A stretch of 64,000 nucleotides of DNA. Origin: Plasmodiophora brassicae (taxonomy: Eukaryota). The notes under the pieces are model-generated. The model saw nothing but the letters and a program-made list of their open reading frames with translations, was not told the DNA's origin and did not search any database. Of the stretch, positions 1-9,827 are shown one piece after another. Position 1 is the first letter of the stretch. Each line of letters begins with the position of its first letter. The position numbers and the translations under genes are program-made. The stretch spans positions 1 through 64,000 of the forward strand of contig CP145409.1 of NCBI GenBank assembly GCA_036867785.1, read 5' to 3'.

Positions 1-256
1 AACCTAAAACCCTAAAACCCTAAAACCCTAAAACCCTAAAACCCTAAAACCCTAAAACCCTAAAACCCTAAAACCCTAAAACCCTAAAACCCTAAAACCC
101 TAAAACCCTAAAACCCTAAAACCCTAAACCCTAAAACCCTAAAAACCCTAAAACCCTAAAAACCCTAAAAACCCTAAAAAACCCCTAAAACCCTAAAAAA
201 CCCTAAAAAACCCTAAAAAACCCTAAAGCCCCTATAAAACCCTAAAAAACCCCTAA
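1..256 (+). repeat. Telomeric repeat tract (CCCTAAAA)n = TTTTAGGG on the other strand
   Basis: Perfect 8-mer repeats to about 120, then variants with variable A/C run lengths up to 256, at the very start of the window. Confidence 0.98.
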
Positions 257-3200
257 GTACCGCGTTCTCGTCGTTGGCGACTTCAACACGCGGCTCGGCT
301 ACTTCACCGGGGACCACGACCAGCACCCGCAGGAACGACGAGACGACTTCTTCGAATTTATCGGCAAGTTCGACCTCACCCTGCTGAACGTGTTCCACAA
401 GAGGAACCCGGACAGGTGGACGTGGCGCTCCGACCAAGGCAAGAGCATCGTCGACTACGCCATGGTATCTAGATGCCACTACGCGCGCCTGGAGATCGTC
501 GCAACACCGGTGGAGAAGCCCGGGCACCAGATGTTGATCGTGACGACGGACGGCGCGGCGCCGGTTCGCGAAGACACCAGCCGCTGGAGCTGGAACAGAA
601 AGGCGTTCCAATCGGAGCCGAAATCAATGGTGATTCGTCATTTGCTGGAACCATGTATTGACGATTTGTATAGGATGTGGAAAGATATCCAGAAGGAGAT
701 GGACGAGAATTACGACGCGCCGGAATCGCAACTCATCGGGCTGCTCGACGAGGCGTTCGAACTGACCTGCGAGGCGCTGCGCCACGATATGATCGACATC
801 GCATGCTGGCCGCCTCACCGGTCGAAACGACACGAGCGCGCCGTGCCGATCATCAACTGGGACGACATGGAGGACTGCACGAACCCGTTCATGCTGACCC
901 GAACCAGAAGGTACCTGATGGCATCGGCGCAAGCGATGAACAACGGGATCGAACAGCAAGCCCCATCGGACGAGGAGCACGTCTCGCACTATCAGCAGCT
1001 GTACGCAGCACCGGAGGGCCACGAACCGCCTCGATCGCGACGCGTTGCCAGGAAACGAGACGATGTCGACAAAGCTGAGCTCAAGTACTTCAACGCGGCG
1101 TGCGTGGAGGGTCGCATCCGTCGGGCGCGATGGATGAAAGCGATGGGCCCGGACAACATGTGCGCTGATCTGCTGAAGGCGCACCCTGAGGCATCTTCGA
1201 AGCTGCTGAGCGTCATCAGCGAGATCTGCTGGACGCACCAGGTCGCGCCGACGGTGTGGAACCGCGGCTACACCAGGCCGATACCGAAGAAGAGCGAAGA
1301 CCGGAGGCATCCGGGCAACTGGCGAGGACTGGCCATGTCCAGCCACATTCGAAAACTGCACGAAGTCGGCGTTCGAGAGCTGATGCGCGACAAGGGCCTC
1401 TACCAGGTGCACGAGCTGCAGATGGGATTCCAGCGCCGGATTGGCCCGATCGAAGCCGTCTGGGTCGCTGATGAGCTTCTGGAAACGTACGCCAGGAAGG
1501 GTGTACCGCTGATGGCGGCGCTGCTCGACGTCAGGAAGGCGTACGACAACGCGGATCGCGAGCTGATCTGGCGGGAGCTGGAGTCCCGAGGAGCTGAGGC
1601 GACCATCGTCTCCAACATGCAGTCGCTCTTCGACGTGTTCGCGGTCGTCCTGCTCGTCGATGGTCGTGCACAAGAACCGATACCAATGGCGATCGGTGTC
1701 GCTCAAGGCGTCGTCAATGCGCCCGACCTATTCAACCTGCTGGTCAACCCGCTGCACGAACGGCTCCGGGCGATTGCTGGCCCCGACTGCCCAGTACTGG
1801 TGAAGATTCGCATCCCCATTATCTCGTTTGCTGACGATCAGACGTTGTTCTGCCGCGCTGACCGCCCGGCGGTTATGCAGGCAATGCTCGACGAGTGCCA
1901 CAAGTACTCGATCGAATACCACTATAGGTACAATGTCAACAAGTGCGTCCTGAGCGTGCCGAAGCACCCGGCGCTGCCGCCGCTGCCGACCCTGACGCTG
2001 GGTGGTGAACCCATTGCTGATGGCGAGGATCGCGCCGTGAAGTTGCTGGGCGTCTGCATGAAGAACGGGCGGATCGATCACGCGGCACAACTCAGGACGA
2101 GGACGGCGAAGGCCAGGTCGACGCTATTCGCGCTGAGCCAATCGGGCTGCTTCAAGACGAAACACCTGAACGTGAGCAAGAAGCGCGTGGTGTTTATGAG
2201 CTTCGTGCGATCGCAGCTGGAGTACGGCCTCTGCATCGCCAACCACAGCAGCTCGACGCTGAAGGAGATCGACTCGTGGGTCATGCGAACGTGCGCCGAG
2301 TTCCTCGGCGGCCATCGCAACGGGTCGATCCTGATGATGCGCTACGCCGGCATTGTCCCGATGGCGATCCGGCAGGCACAGCTACGTGGCGGGTTCCTGC
2401 TCCACCTGAAGGAGAAGGCCGACGAGTACCCGAGGACCATGAGCGGCAAGATCGCCAAGGCCATGTTCGCGAACCCGGCATCGAGGCTGTCGACGATCGT
2501 GCAGAAGTGCCCGGTCTGGTCGCGGGTGCAGGCGCTGATGCGGCAGCAGGCCCGGGTGAGGGACCTGCGCGAGTGGAAGATCAGGCACGGCACCCGATTG
2601 GAGGAGGCGGACAAGAACGAGGGCGGACCCGGGGACGCGCTGGTCCAGGCGCTGCAGGAACGGGCGTGGCGGCCGTGGGCGCGTGCGAAACTGATGCGGG
2701 TCCAGAAGCAGGAGTGGAACAGACCGCACGCGACCGCGTTCCAAGCGACGGCGGACGCGTACCGGATCGCCAACTGGCTGACGAATCGCCTACCGGGCAT
2801 ACCTGTTCCATGTCAGAACTGCAACGGGGCGTACGAGACGAATCGATACCATTGTACGATTTGTGTCGGCGCCCAGCAGCGGCTGGAGCATGTGTATCGC
2901 CCGGAGGTGCATCTGAAGTGGTTGACTGATGCCGACAACGCGATCGACGCCTGCCTGCTCCAGCTGACACGGCCGTCGATCATCCAAGCGCCGGCGTATG
3001 ATGGGCGACCTAGGAAGCAAGCGTCAGAGGCGGCGTATCGACTCGACGAGCGAACCAGACCGGTGGCGACGGCGATCGCGACTGTCCTCAAGGACATCGA
3101 CGAGCTGTGCAGGCCGCGACAGGGTCGTGATGGCGGCGACGACAATGGCGGCGACAATGGCGACGACAATGGCGGCGATGATGGGGACGGCGGCGGCGAA

Positions 3201-3386
3201 GATGGACCTGTCGAGCTCCGCATCCAGGACGGCAACGGCGACGATGATGGCAGCAACGGCAACGGCGACGATGATGGCAGCAACGGCAACGGCGACGATC
3301 AGGGCAGCAACGGCAACGGCGGCGACCAGGGCAGCAACGGCAAGCGGTACGAGCGGCGCCCGCCGATCTGGATCCGGGTACCGTGA
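255..3386 (+). CDS. LINE ORF2-like polyprotein with the N-terminus missing: partial APE, reverse transcriptase, C-terminal zinc knuckle
   Basis: APE motifs GDFN, WTW and IVDY. RT motifs KAMGPD, WRGLAM, QMGF, LDVRKAYD, QGVVNAPDLF, FADD and KLLG. CxxC-x-H-x-C knuckle CQNCNGAYETNRYHCTIC. No stops or introns. Confidence 0.93.
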   Translation, partial: KYRVLVVGDFNTRLGYFTGDHDQHPQERRDDFFEFIGKFDLTLLNVFHKRNPDRWTWRSDQGKSIVDYAMVSRCHYARLEIVATPVEKPGHQMLIVTTDGAAPVREDTSRWSWNRKAFQSEPKSMVIRHLLEPCIDDLYRMWKDIQKEMDENYDAPESQLIGLLDEAFELTCEALRHDMIDIACWPPHRSKRHERAVPIINWDDMEDCTNPFMLTRTRRYLMASAQAMNNGIEQQAPSDEEHVSHYQQLYAAPEGHEPPRSRRVARKRDDVDKAELKYFNAACVEGRIRRARWMKAMGPDNMCADLLKAHPEASSKLLSVISEICWTHQVAPTVWNRGYTRPIPKKSEDRRHPGNWRGLAMSSHIRKLHEVGVRELMRDKGLYQVHELQMGFQRRIGPIEAVWVADELLETYARKGVPLMAALLDVRKAYDNADRELIWRELESRGAEATIVSNMQSLFDVFAVVLLVDGRAQEPIPMAIGVAQGVVNAPDLFNLLVNPLHERLRAIAGPDCPVLVKIRIPIISFADDQTLFCRADRPAVMQAMLDECHKYSIEYHYRYNVNKCVLSVPKHPALPPLPTLTLGGEPIADGEDRAVKLLGVCMKNGRIDHAAQLRTRTAKARSTLFALSQSGCFKTKHLNVSKKRVVFMSFVRSQLEYGLCIANHSSSTLKEIDSWVMRTCAEFLGGHRNGSILMMRYAGIVPMAIRQAQLRGGFLLHLKEKADEYPRTMSGKIAKAMFANPASRLSTIVQKCPVWSRVQALMRQQARVRDLREWKIRHGTRLEEADKNEGGPGDALVQALQERAWRPWARAKLMRVQKQEWNRPHATAFQATADAYRIANWLTNRLPGIPVPCQNCNGAYETNRYHCTICVGAQQRLEHVYRPEVHLKWLTDADNAIDACLLQLTRPSIIQAPAYDGRPRKQASEAAYRLDERTRPVATAIATVLKDIDELCRPRQGRDGGDDNGGDNGDDNGGDDGDGGGEDGPVELRIQDGNGDDDGSNGNGDDDGSNGNGDDQGSNGNGGDQGSNGKRYERRPPIWIRVP
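3231..3338 (+). repeat. Four copies of a 27-bp tandem repeat encoding GNGDDDGSN-like units in the LINE ORF tail
   Basis: ggcaacggcgacgatgatggcagcaac twice, followed by two variants. Confidence 0.9.
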
Positions 3387-3400
3387 CGATCGCTCATGCC

Positions 3401-3461
3401 CGGCCGGATTTTTCCCATCCGACCAGCGTCTGACGCCCGGATGGGTTTTTTCATCCGGCCG
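3401..3461 (+). other. Stem-loop in the LINE 3' UTR
   Basis: CGGCCGGAT(3401-3409) pairs with ATCCGGCCG(3453-3461); CCCATCCG(3414-3421) pairs with CGGATGGG(3438-3445); inner GCGT/ACGC; U-rich internal loop. Confidence 0.75.
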
Positions 3462-3743
3462 ACGAGGCCATCACCAGGCCTACCGCGACATGCTGGCGAC
3501 GACGACCATCGGCGCCGCCAGCATCGACACGCACCACCCGCACTGCGCAGTCCGTCACAGGCGGCCACTGCGTAGCGCTATTTCTATCATGTGACCCTTC
3601 ATCTACCTACTCAAGACGACACTGGCAATCGTATTATGCTCGGCATCGGTTGGAAAAGGGTGGTCTACGCCTAATACACACAAGACTAAAACCCTAAGAT
3701 CGCAAGACACGACTACCCGAGAGAAGCAGAAAACCGTAACGAC

Positions 3744-6700
3744 ATGCCTGCCGAAGACGAGCAACGGTCGATTGAGTCCACACCTTTCGATGTTGCACCG
3801 CTGATCGAGTTTGATGACTTCGCTCCGAATTCGAAGGGCGTGGTCAAGTCGCACACGACCGACCGATCGGGTGCGACTCTGACCGCCGTTGGCGACGCGA
3901 TGAACGACGAACACGACGGGGACGGTTGGTATCGACACCGGCAAACGCGATATTCACCTGCTTATTTTGAGTTAGGTGGTTCAAAATCGTCTCTGATGGA
4001 AATCGAAATATCGCTACCAGCTGACCCGACACATGCGCCGGCGCAACACGCCGACCGAATTGGGCCGCTCCCTTCTGGTGCATCCGTCGACACTTCAGCA
4101 GCACATCCAGAAGTCGCCACCGTCGCCGTCGCTGCGGGAGCTGAAGACTCGTGTCATGGTAGGTAATCTGGCTTAGGGTTGCTATCGCGTCCAATTACTT
4201 ACTAATGGGCCAAGCTGACCTACCCGCGTGCCCAGCTGACACACTGTACAACCGCTCTGCTTCTCCTGGCATCTCCTTGACGGCAATTTTAACCGGGGAC
4301 GGTGGTGCACCAACGCGTGTTCCTGACGCTGCTATCGAAGACGACCTCCCATATCCTTCGCCTGAGGAAGACCCGGTCGATTTGCCCGTTTCGTCAGATG
4401 ATGCCGATATGGATGATCTCCTGCAATCGACATTTGACCATCGTGCGTGGTTCGCCGGGCGCCGTCGTCTGACGACGTGTACCTCGAACCGGGCGCTTTC
4501 GGACAACATTCGCCTGACCCTGGTCGATGTCACCATGACGTACGGATATGCTCCTGATCCCGCCGTTTTCTCGCTGTTCGAATCCTGCGAAGACCTGTCC
4601 TGGGATTCGTTCCGCAACGTCTCTGGCTGGCTTCTGTCTTACTTGTGCTGGCACGACCACGTGCCACCACACCAAGGCATGATTGAACGCCATCGGCGAG
4701 AGGTCGTATCTTGCCTGCAGGCTTCACCGGCAGGCCTTCGTGACAAATTCGACCAATGGCTTCGGCAGACCACTGCGACACCATCGTCTGGTGCACAGAT
4801 GATGCGTCACTGTAGCCTGCTCTCTACATCATGCGGCTTGTGGCCGCTGGATTTGATGGTCACAGTGTGTTTGAGCACCGATCCTGTCATCGTCGACCTA
4901 TTCTTGGATTCCCCAGTGTCGGTCGACAACGTGGACGCCCTCTTCAACGAATACGGTGTCCCGTTCGGCTGCCTGTGGGACGTCGTCCACCCTCTGATCG
5001 ACAGACGGCGGTCCCACATCATCGCTTTGCGGTTTGGCACGTCAGACGTCGTTGCTGTAAGCCTTTGCGATTCCTTGTTCCTGTACGTTTCTGACTTCGT
5101 ATGTAGCGGTTAGGAAGGGGCGACGACTCGTTGCCGGTCAAACGAGTGGCAGCTTTGGCGGTACTGTCTACAATAGCGCTACCCCTGATGCACCTGCGGA
5201 ACAGCTCGCCGATGCTCTGGCTCGAAGTACTGCCGTCGTCAGCGGTACGTGTCAGTTGTGAAAGGGCGCCGGCCCCGATGATAATGGTCTGCGACGGACA
5301 TGGCCAGCCTAAGCAGGAGTGCACCGGGCACAAAGATCCAGTCGAACACGGGGACGAGGACGACCGCACAATAGAATACCTGGAGCGTATCAGGGATGCA
5401 CACGAAGCCGCTGAGCGTGACGAAGTCGGTGATGATTGCGAGGATCCGGTGGGAGACTCCGAGTGCGATGACCCTGACCCAGGCGACGCAATCGGGGACG
5501 ACGTCGAAACTGATTCTGACTCTTCGTATTCGATGGATGACGGCGACGTCCCTGACCCCAGCAATGTCGACGGAAGCGATGACGAACGCATCGACCCCTC
5601 CGTAGACCACCTCGTCCGCCAGTCGACGCCGCCCTGTGCTAGTGCACCAGCAATGGATCTGTCCACGTTTGAGGTCATACACCTCGACGAATTCGCCGGC
5701 GAACGCTTCTGGGATGTCTTCGGATCCCCCAGGAAAGAGGCCTTCTGCGGCCGGTTCCGCTTCGATCTGGCGGATGAGGCGCGTCGCGCCTCAGACGCTC
5801 ACGGGGGTCGCCCGCGATTGCGGCCGGTGTTTGACGTCGACTCTTTGCAAGCAATCACGACTTCGATCGGGACCTGGCTGCAGCACTTTCCTGTGCACGA
5901 AGCCAAATCGTTTGCCTTCCTGCACATGATGCAGAGGTACGGGAACTACCGTGCACGTCAGTCGGATACGGGAAGCTCGGTACACGATCTGCGTGTGCAG
6001 CGAGACGACGAGAAGGCGTCGCGGTCAGTGGCGCAGTTGCCGCGATTCCTGTTGGGTCAGGTTGACTGCCATCCCATGGCAAATGTCTCGATCTTCTTAA
6101 TCGCTGCCGCACCCCGTTGGACGCATCGTTCCCTCAAGCAGCACTGCTCCAGGGCGGTTTCCGCTGCGTTCAGTGCCTGCCAAGCAGATCTGCCGGACGA
6201 GATCAACGACTACCTTAACCAGTTTGGGGCCCACCGCCGCCCCGTGGTTATGCCACCTTCGTCCGCCCGCGCTGTCCTGGAGGCTCTTGAGGATGAGCTT
6301 GACGGCTCCATCATGGTGTTGATGCAAGCGCTAGGTGTGCGCTCGTTGATGAAAATGACGTGTGTCGCCGACGTTCTCGAGGTGCGCCGCTACTTGCGAA
6401 CGTTCTGGCCGTCAACGTTAATGGACTGCGCGCGCTTCGACATCGGGTCCAACGTGTCGGCCGAACCCTTCCCCGACAACACAGCCGTTGCCGTCTGCCG
6501 CGACTACTCAGCGCTGCGAGATCTGGACGTCGGCTGTGGCATCGCGCCACGCAAGAGCTCGTACTATCCGGTCGGGGAGGTCGCCGGGTTCGGTGGATGC
6601 AAGTCACGTTGCAGTTCCGTTATGGCATCCGCGCGCTCGTGCTACAACGCGACCGTGTCGCAGCGCACGCGGGATCGTGGGCGCGTTCTGGTGGACCCCG

Positions 6701-9141
6701 TCCGCTTTGCCCACATCGGTACCCTGAACGCGGCCGTCCGCGCTACGTTCGAGAAGGGCAAGGTCCGGAAGTCGATCGCTGGGTTGCCCGCCGCGCTTAG
6801 GAAGTACGGCCCGGTCAAGAAGGAAGACGTAAAGCGGGCGTTGAATCCGGTGAGGGACGCGATGCGGAAGCGTATCCGATTCTGTCGCCAGATGGCCGCC
6901 GAACGCGTTCCTGTCGTGCACCGCGTTGAGTACGTCGCTAACCTGACCATGCGCCATGCGTGCTTCAACAGCATGTGGCAGGAGGCCGATGGGTTCAACG
7001 ACGATGCCACGTTCCTGCTGCTGGACGCGGAAGCCGTCTGGGCACATCTCCGGCGGAAACTAGAGCAGTATGTCGTGTTCCCTCGCAAGATGTACCGCGC
7101 GATGTTTCGCCGGCTGGAGCGCGGTCGCCGGTCTCCTTTCGTGTCCAACATCGATCGGCGGTCGCTGAACGCGCTGCAGATCTTCGAAGACTGTTTCAAT
7201 GCGGTTTTTGACGGCTCGTCCATCAACCCAGGTCGGTTCTACCACCGGGCCACGCCGGACAGCAATGTCGGGCCGTGGCTGTCGAACGGGTCGCCTCTCG
7301 ACTACGTGTCTTCGTCTCTGCAGTTTGGCCGCTTCTTCGTCGACGACACGTACATGGATCCGCTTGCCCTGGTCATCAACAAGGGCGAGTTTATGAATTT
7401 CATTCAGAGCCTCGACTACGTCGACATGATGTCGACAGTCCTGCGGATCTCCGTCAGAGGAAACCGGCATGCGCTCCACTACCTGGTCCAGTCGTGGTTC
7501 CTGGTCATCTCATCAGGGCTGAGCTCAATGCTGACGCCGGACGCCATTGCTCTGAACCTTCTGCAGACTGAAGCTGCGTATACGTACGATCAGTTGGCGA
7601 AGAGGAAGATTTTGGCGCCCGGGGTATGGCATGCTCTGGATCGACCGGACCTGGACCAGGAGCACGATTACCTGTTCGCGGGTTTCATGCGGTCGCTGGA
7701 CGCCCTGTACCGCCTGGGCAGGCGTGGATCGACGCTCGATCCGTCGCTGTCGTCGCTGCCAACCGTTAGTTTTTCCAACTGGATCGCAACGAATTGGATG
7801 TCGCCGGGCGTCGAACGGTTGCCACACCGGGCCCTGTGGCGCGACGTGATGTCCATCATACCCGAATCACGATACGACGATTACAACGTGACGAAAGCGT
7901 TGGTGGAGCGCGTCAAGAGAACCAGGGACCGTCAGGGACGTGATGGCATCCACGTGACGCTGTTGCTCCGCTGGTCGGGACGCGTCATCCATCCGTTCGT
8001 CGCCCTGGTCGACCCGCCTCCTGACGAAATCACCGATGAGTATGTGTCCGATCTGATGGGGTCTGCGACCAAGACCGTCGCTCAGCGTCGAGCGATGCGT
8101 GCTCGCCCCGATGGACGCTGGGCGCCGTCGTCGCGTTTTCTGGCCGTATTGGCGCACGTCGTCATGATTGTCCCGCCATTGCATGATCGATCGGCTGTGG
8201 TGCGTCTGCCAGCGTCGTCTGACCCGATGACTCTGAGCACGTTGCCGCTGGCACCACGGTCAGTCACGCTGTTTGATGCGTGCAAGAGTTGGCGCGACGT
8301 ACCCCTCCCGTCGGCAAACCAGGGGAGCAAGAAGCGGCACTGGCTATGGGAGGCGCTGGCCCTCATCCAGGGCGTCCTGCACTCGTCGCCGGACGCGCGG
8401 GGCGCCTGCACCAAGATCGACTGGGGCTCGTTCCTGGCCGACCCGCACAACGGCCTGCTAGTCCAGGCAGCGGGCGTCGACGCGGTCGTGCATTTGTCCA
8501 AGGGCCACAGGACAATGTCGACGCAGGTGCACGCCGCTGTCAAGGGCGTCAAGGACAGGTGGCCGTCTCCCGTCGACCTGTCGACTTGGTCGACGGCGGA
8601 AAAAATCCTGATTCTCGTGTATCACGCACGCGCGCTGGGCCCCGGCGTGCTGACGTATGTCGGCGCCGGTCGAAACGACGCCGTTCGTGACCCCGCTGAG
8701 CATGTCCTCGTCGTCGACGACTTACTGGAGATGTTCGGCGCTGCACGCATCGATTGGCGCCCCTACAAGCACGCTCTCGCGCTGATCGGCGCTGTGGGGC
8801 GCACGCTCGTCGAGATCGGCCTGAGCTCGAGGCACGCACATGCCTATTTCGTCAACGCCTTCGAGCTGGTGATCCTGGACTCACGACCAAGGCCGATGGC
8901 AGAGGCGACGTCGTCGAGGTTTCGCGGCATCGTCGACGATATGGTGGGCGCGTACGTCGCCGCCATTCGCCAGCGCCGGGGGAACCGAGCCGACCAGGCT
9001 GACGAGGCCGTTGACGACGACGCTGCTGCCGACGGCGATGGACCTACGCGTCGAACGAGGAGCAGTCGACGCGCCGTTACCCTGCAGAGCCGCGCAGCAG
9101 TCAAACGCAGGCGAATCGTTCGTCGCTGGCTGCTTTGCTGA
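3744..9141 (+). CDS. Large orphan protein (~1760 aa), 3 exons: 3744-4158, 4215-5056, 5107-9141; possibly mobile-element encoded
   Basis: Introns 4159-4214 (GTAGGT..TACTAAT..AAG) and 5057-5106 (GTAAGC..CTGAC..TAG) join the 140-, 302- and 1336-aa ORFs in frame. The last exon is a 4-kb open frame; a further in-frame intron at 5245-5316 is possible. Confidence 0.7.
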
Positions 9142-9827
9142 TCACGGATTACTGTACTGACTGCGTTCCCAACAGGCCGCTGCAGACGCCCTCTCGATGT
9201 CCAGCTCGGAAGACGACAGCGATGACTCGTCAAGGGACACCAGCGAGCTGTGCCAGTCGACGTCGCGCGAAAGCCAGGTTGACAGCGTTGGACGCCGTTT
9301 GCAGACTGACGATGGATGTGTGCCACAGAAGAAACGAAGCCATCAGGGTGCGAAGCGCCGAAAGTTGTGTGGCACGACGACACGCCCTGTGGTCAGTTGC
9401 TATATTGTGATGCGAGCGGGATGTAGACTGAACTGGCGGAACGTTGCAGAGGCCTCTGCCGGTTACGTCGACGACTGTGATCAAGGACCCTCCTAACACG
9501 CGCACCATGCCGCCTGCTTCGGTTGGCATTCCTTGTACCCCGCCTCGACTGCGTTACTGACCGTCCGCCTGCTGTAGGCACAGACTGGACATGCGAACCG
9601 CCGTTTCACAGCGCCAAAACTGGTTCGAAACTGACATCGCCGGTACTCAGGCGAAGATAACATCTAACACGCTCGCATTGACCATAGGCACCCGAACGTA
9701 CACCTGGCGGACGTGCGAGCCGGCCCGCCCAAGGCGTCAACCGCGAACCGGTGAAAGAAGAACAAAGTCCTTCACAGGTGTGGTATACTGCATAAGTGTC
9801 ATAGTCGGCGCTGAAATTGACATTTAG

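Larger units (their letters stand above)
255..3685 (+). mobile_element. 5'-truncated non-LTR retrotransposon (APE endonuclease-RT-CCHC) capped by the telomere
   Basis: The reading frame is open from the telomere junction (KYRVLVVGDFNTRLG). The ORF ends at 3386, followed by a ~300-nt 3' UTR that ends at CTAAAACCCTAA (3686-3697). The 3' boundary is inferred. Confidence 0.9.

Noticed and set aside
390-392. ORF-track start of the 998-aa RT protein
   Set aside because: It is a GTG inside the APE domain. The frame is open back to the telomere junction, so the true start is missing.
4173-4180. TTAGGGTT telomere-like word
   Set aside because: A single 8-mer in the opposite orientation inside a predicted intron; compatible with chance.
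4900-5113. Ulp1/C48 protease-like look of ..HPLIDRRRSHII..LCDSLF
   Set aside because: The CDSL segment falls inside the predicted intron 5057-5106, and no QxxxxDCG catalytic motif follows.
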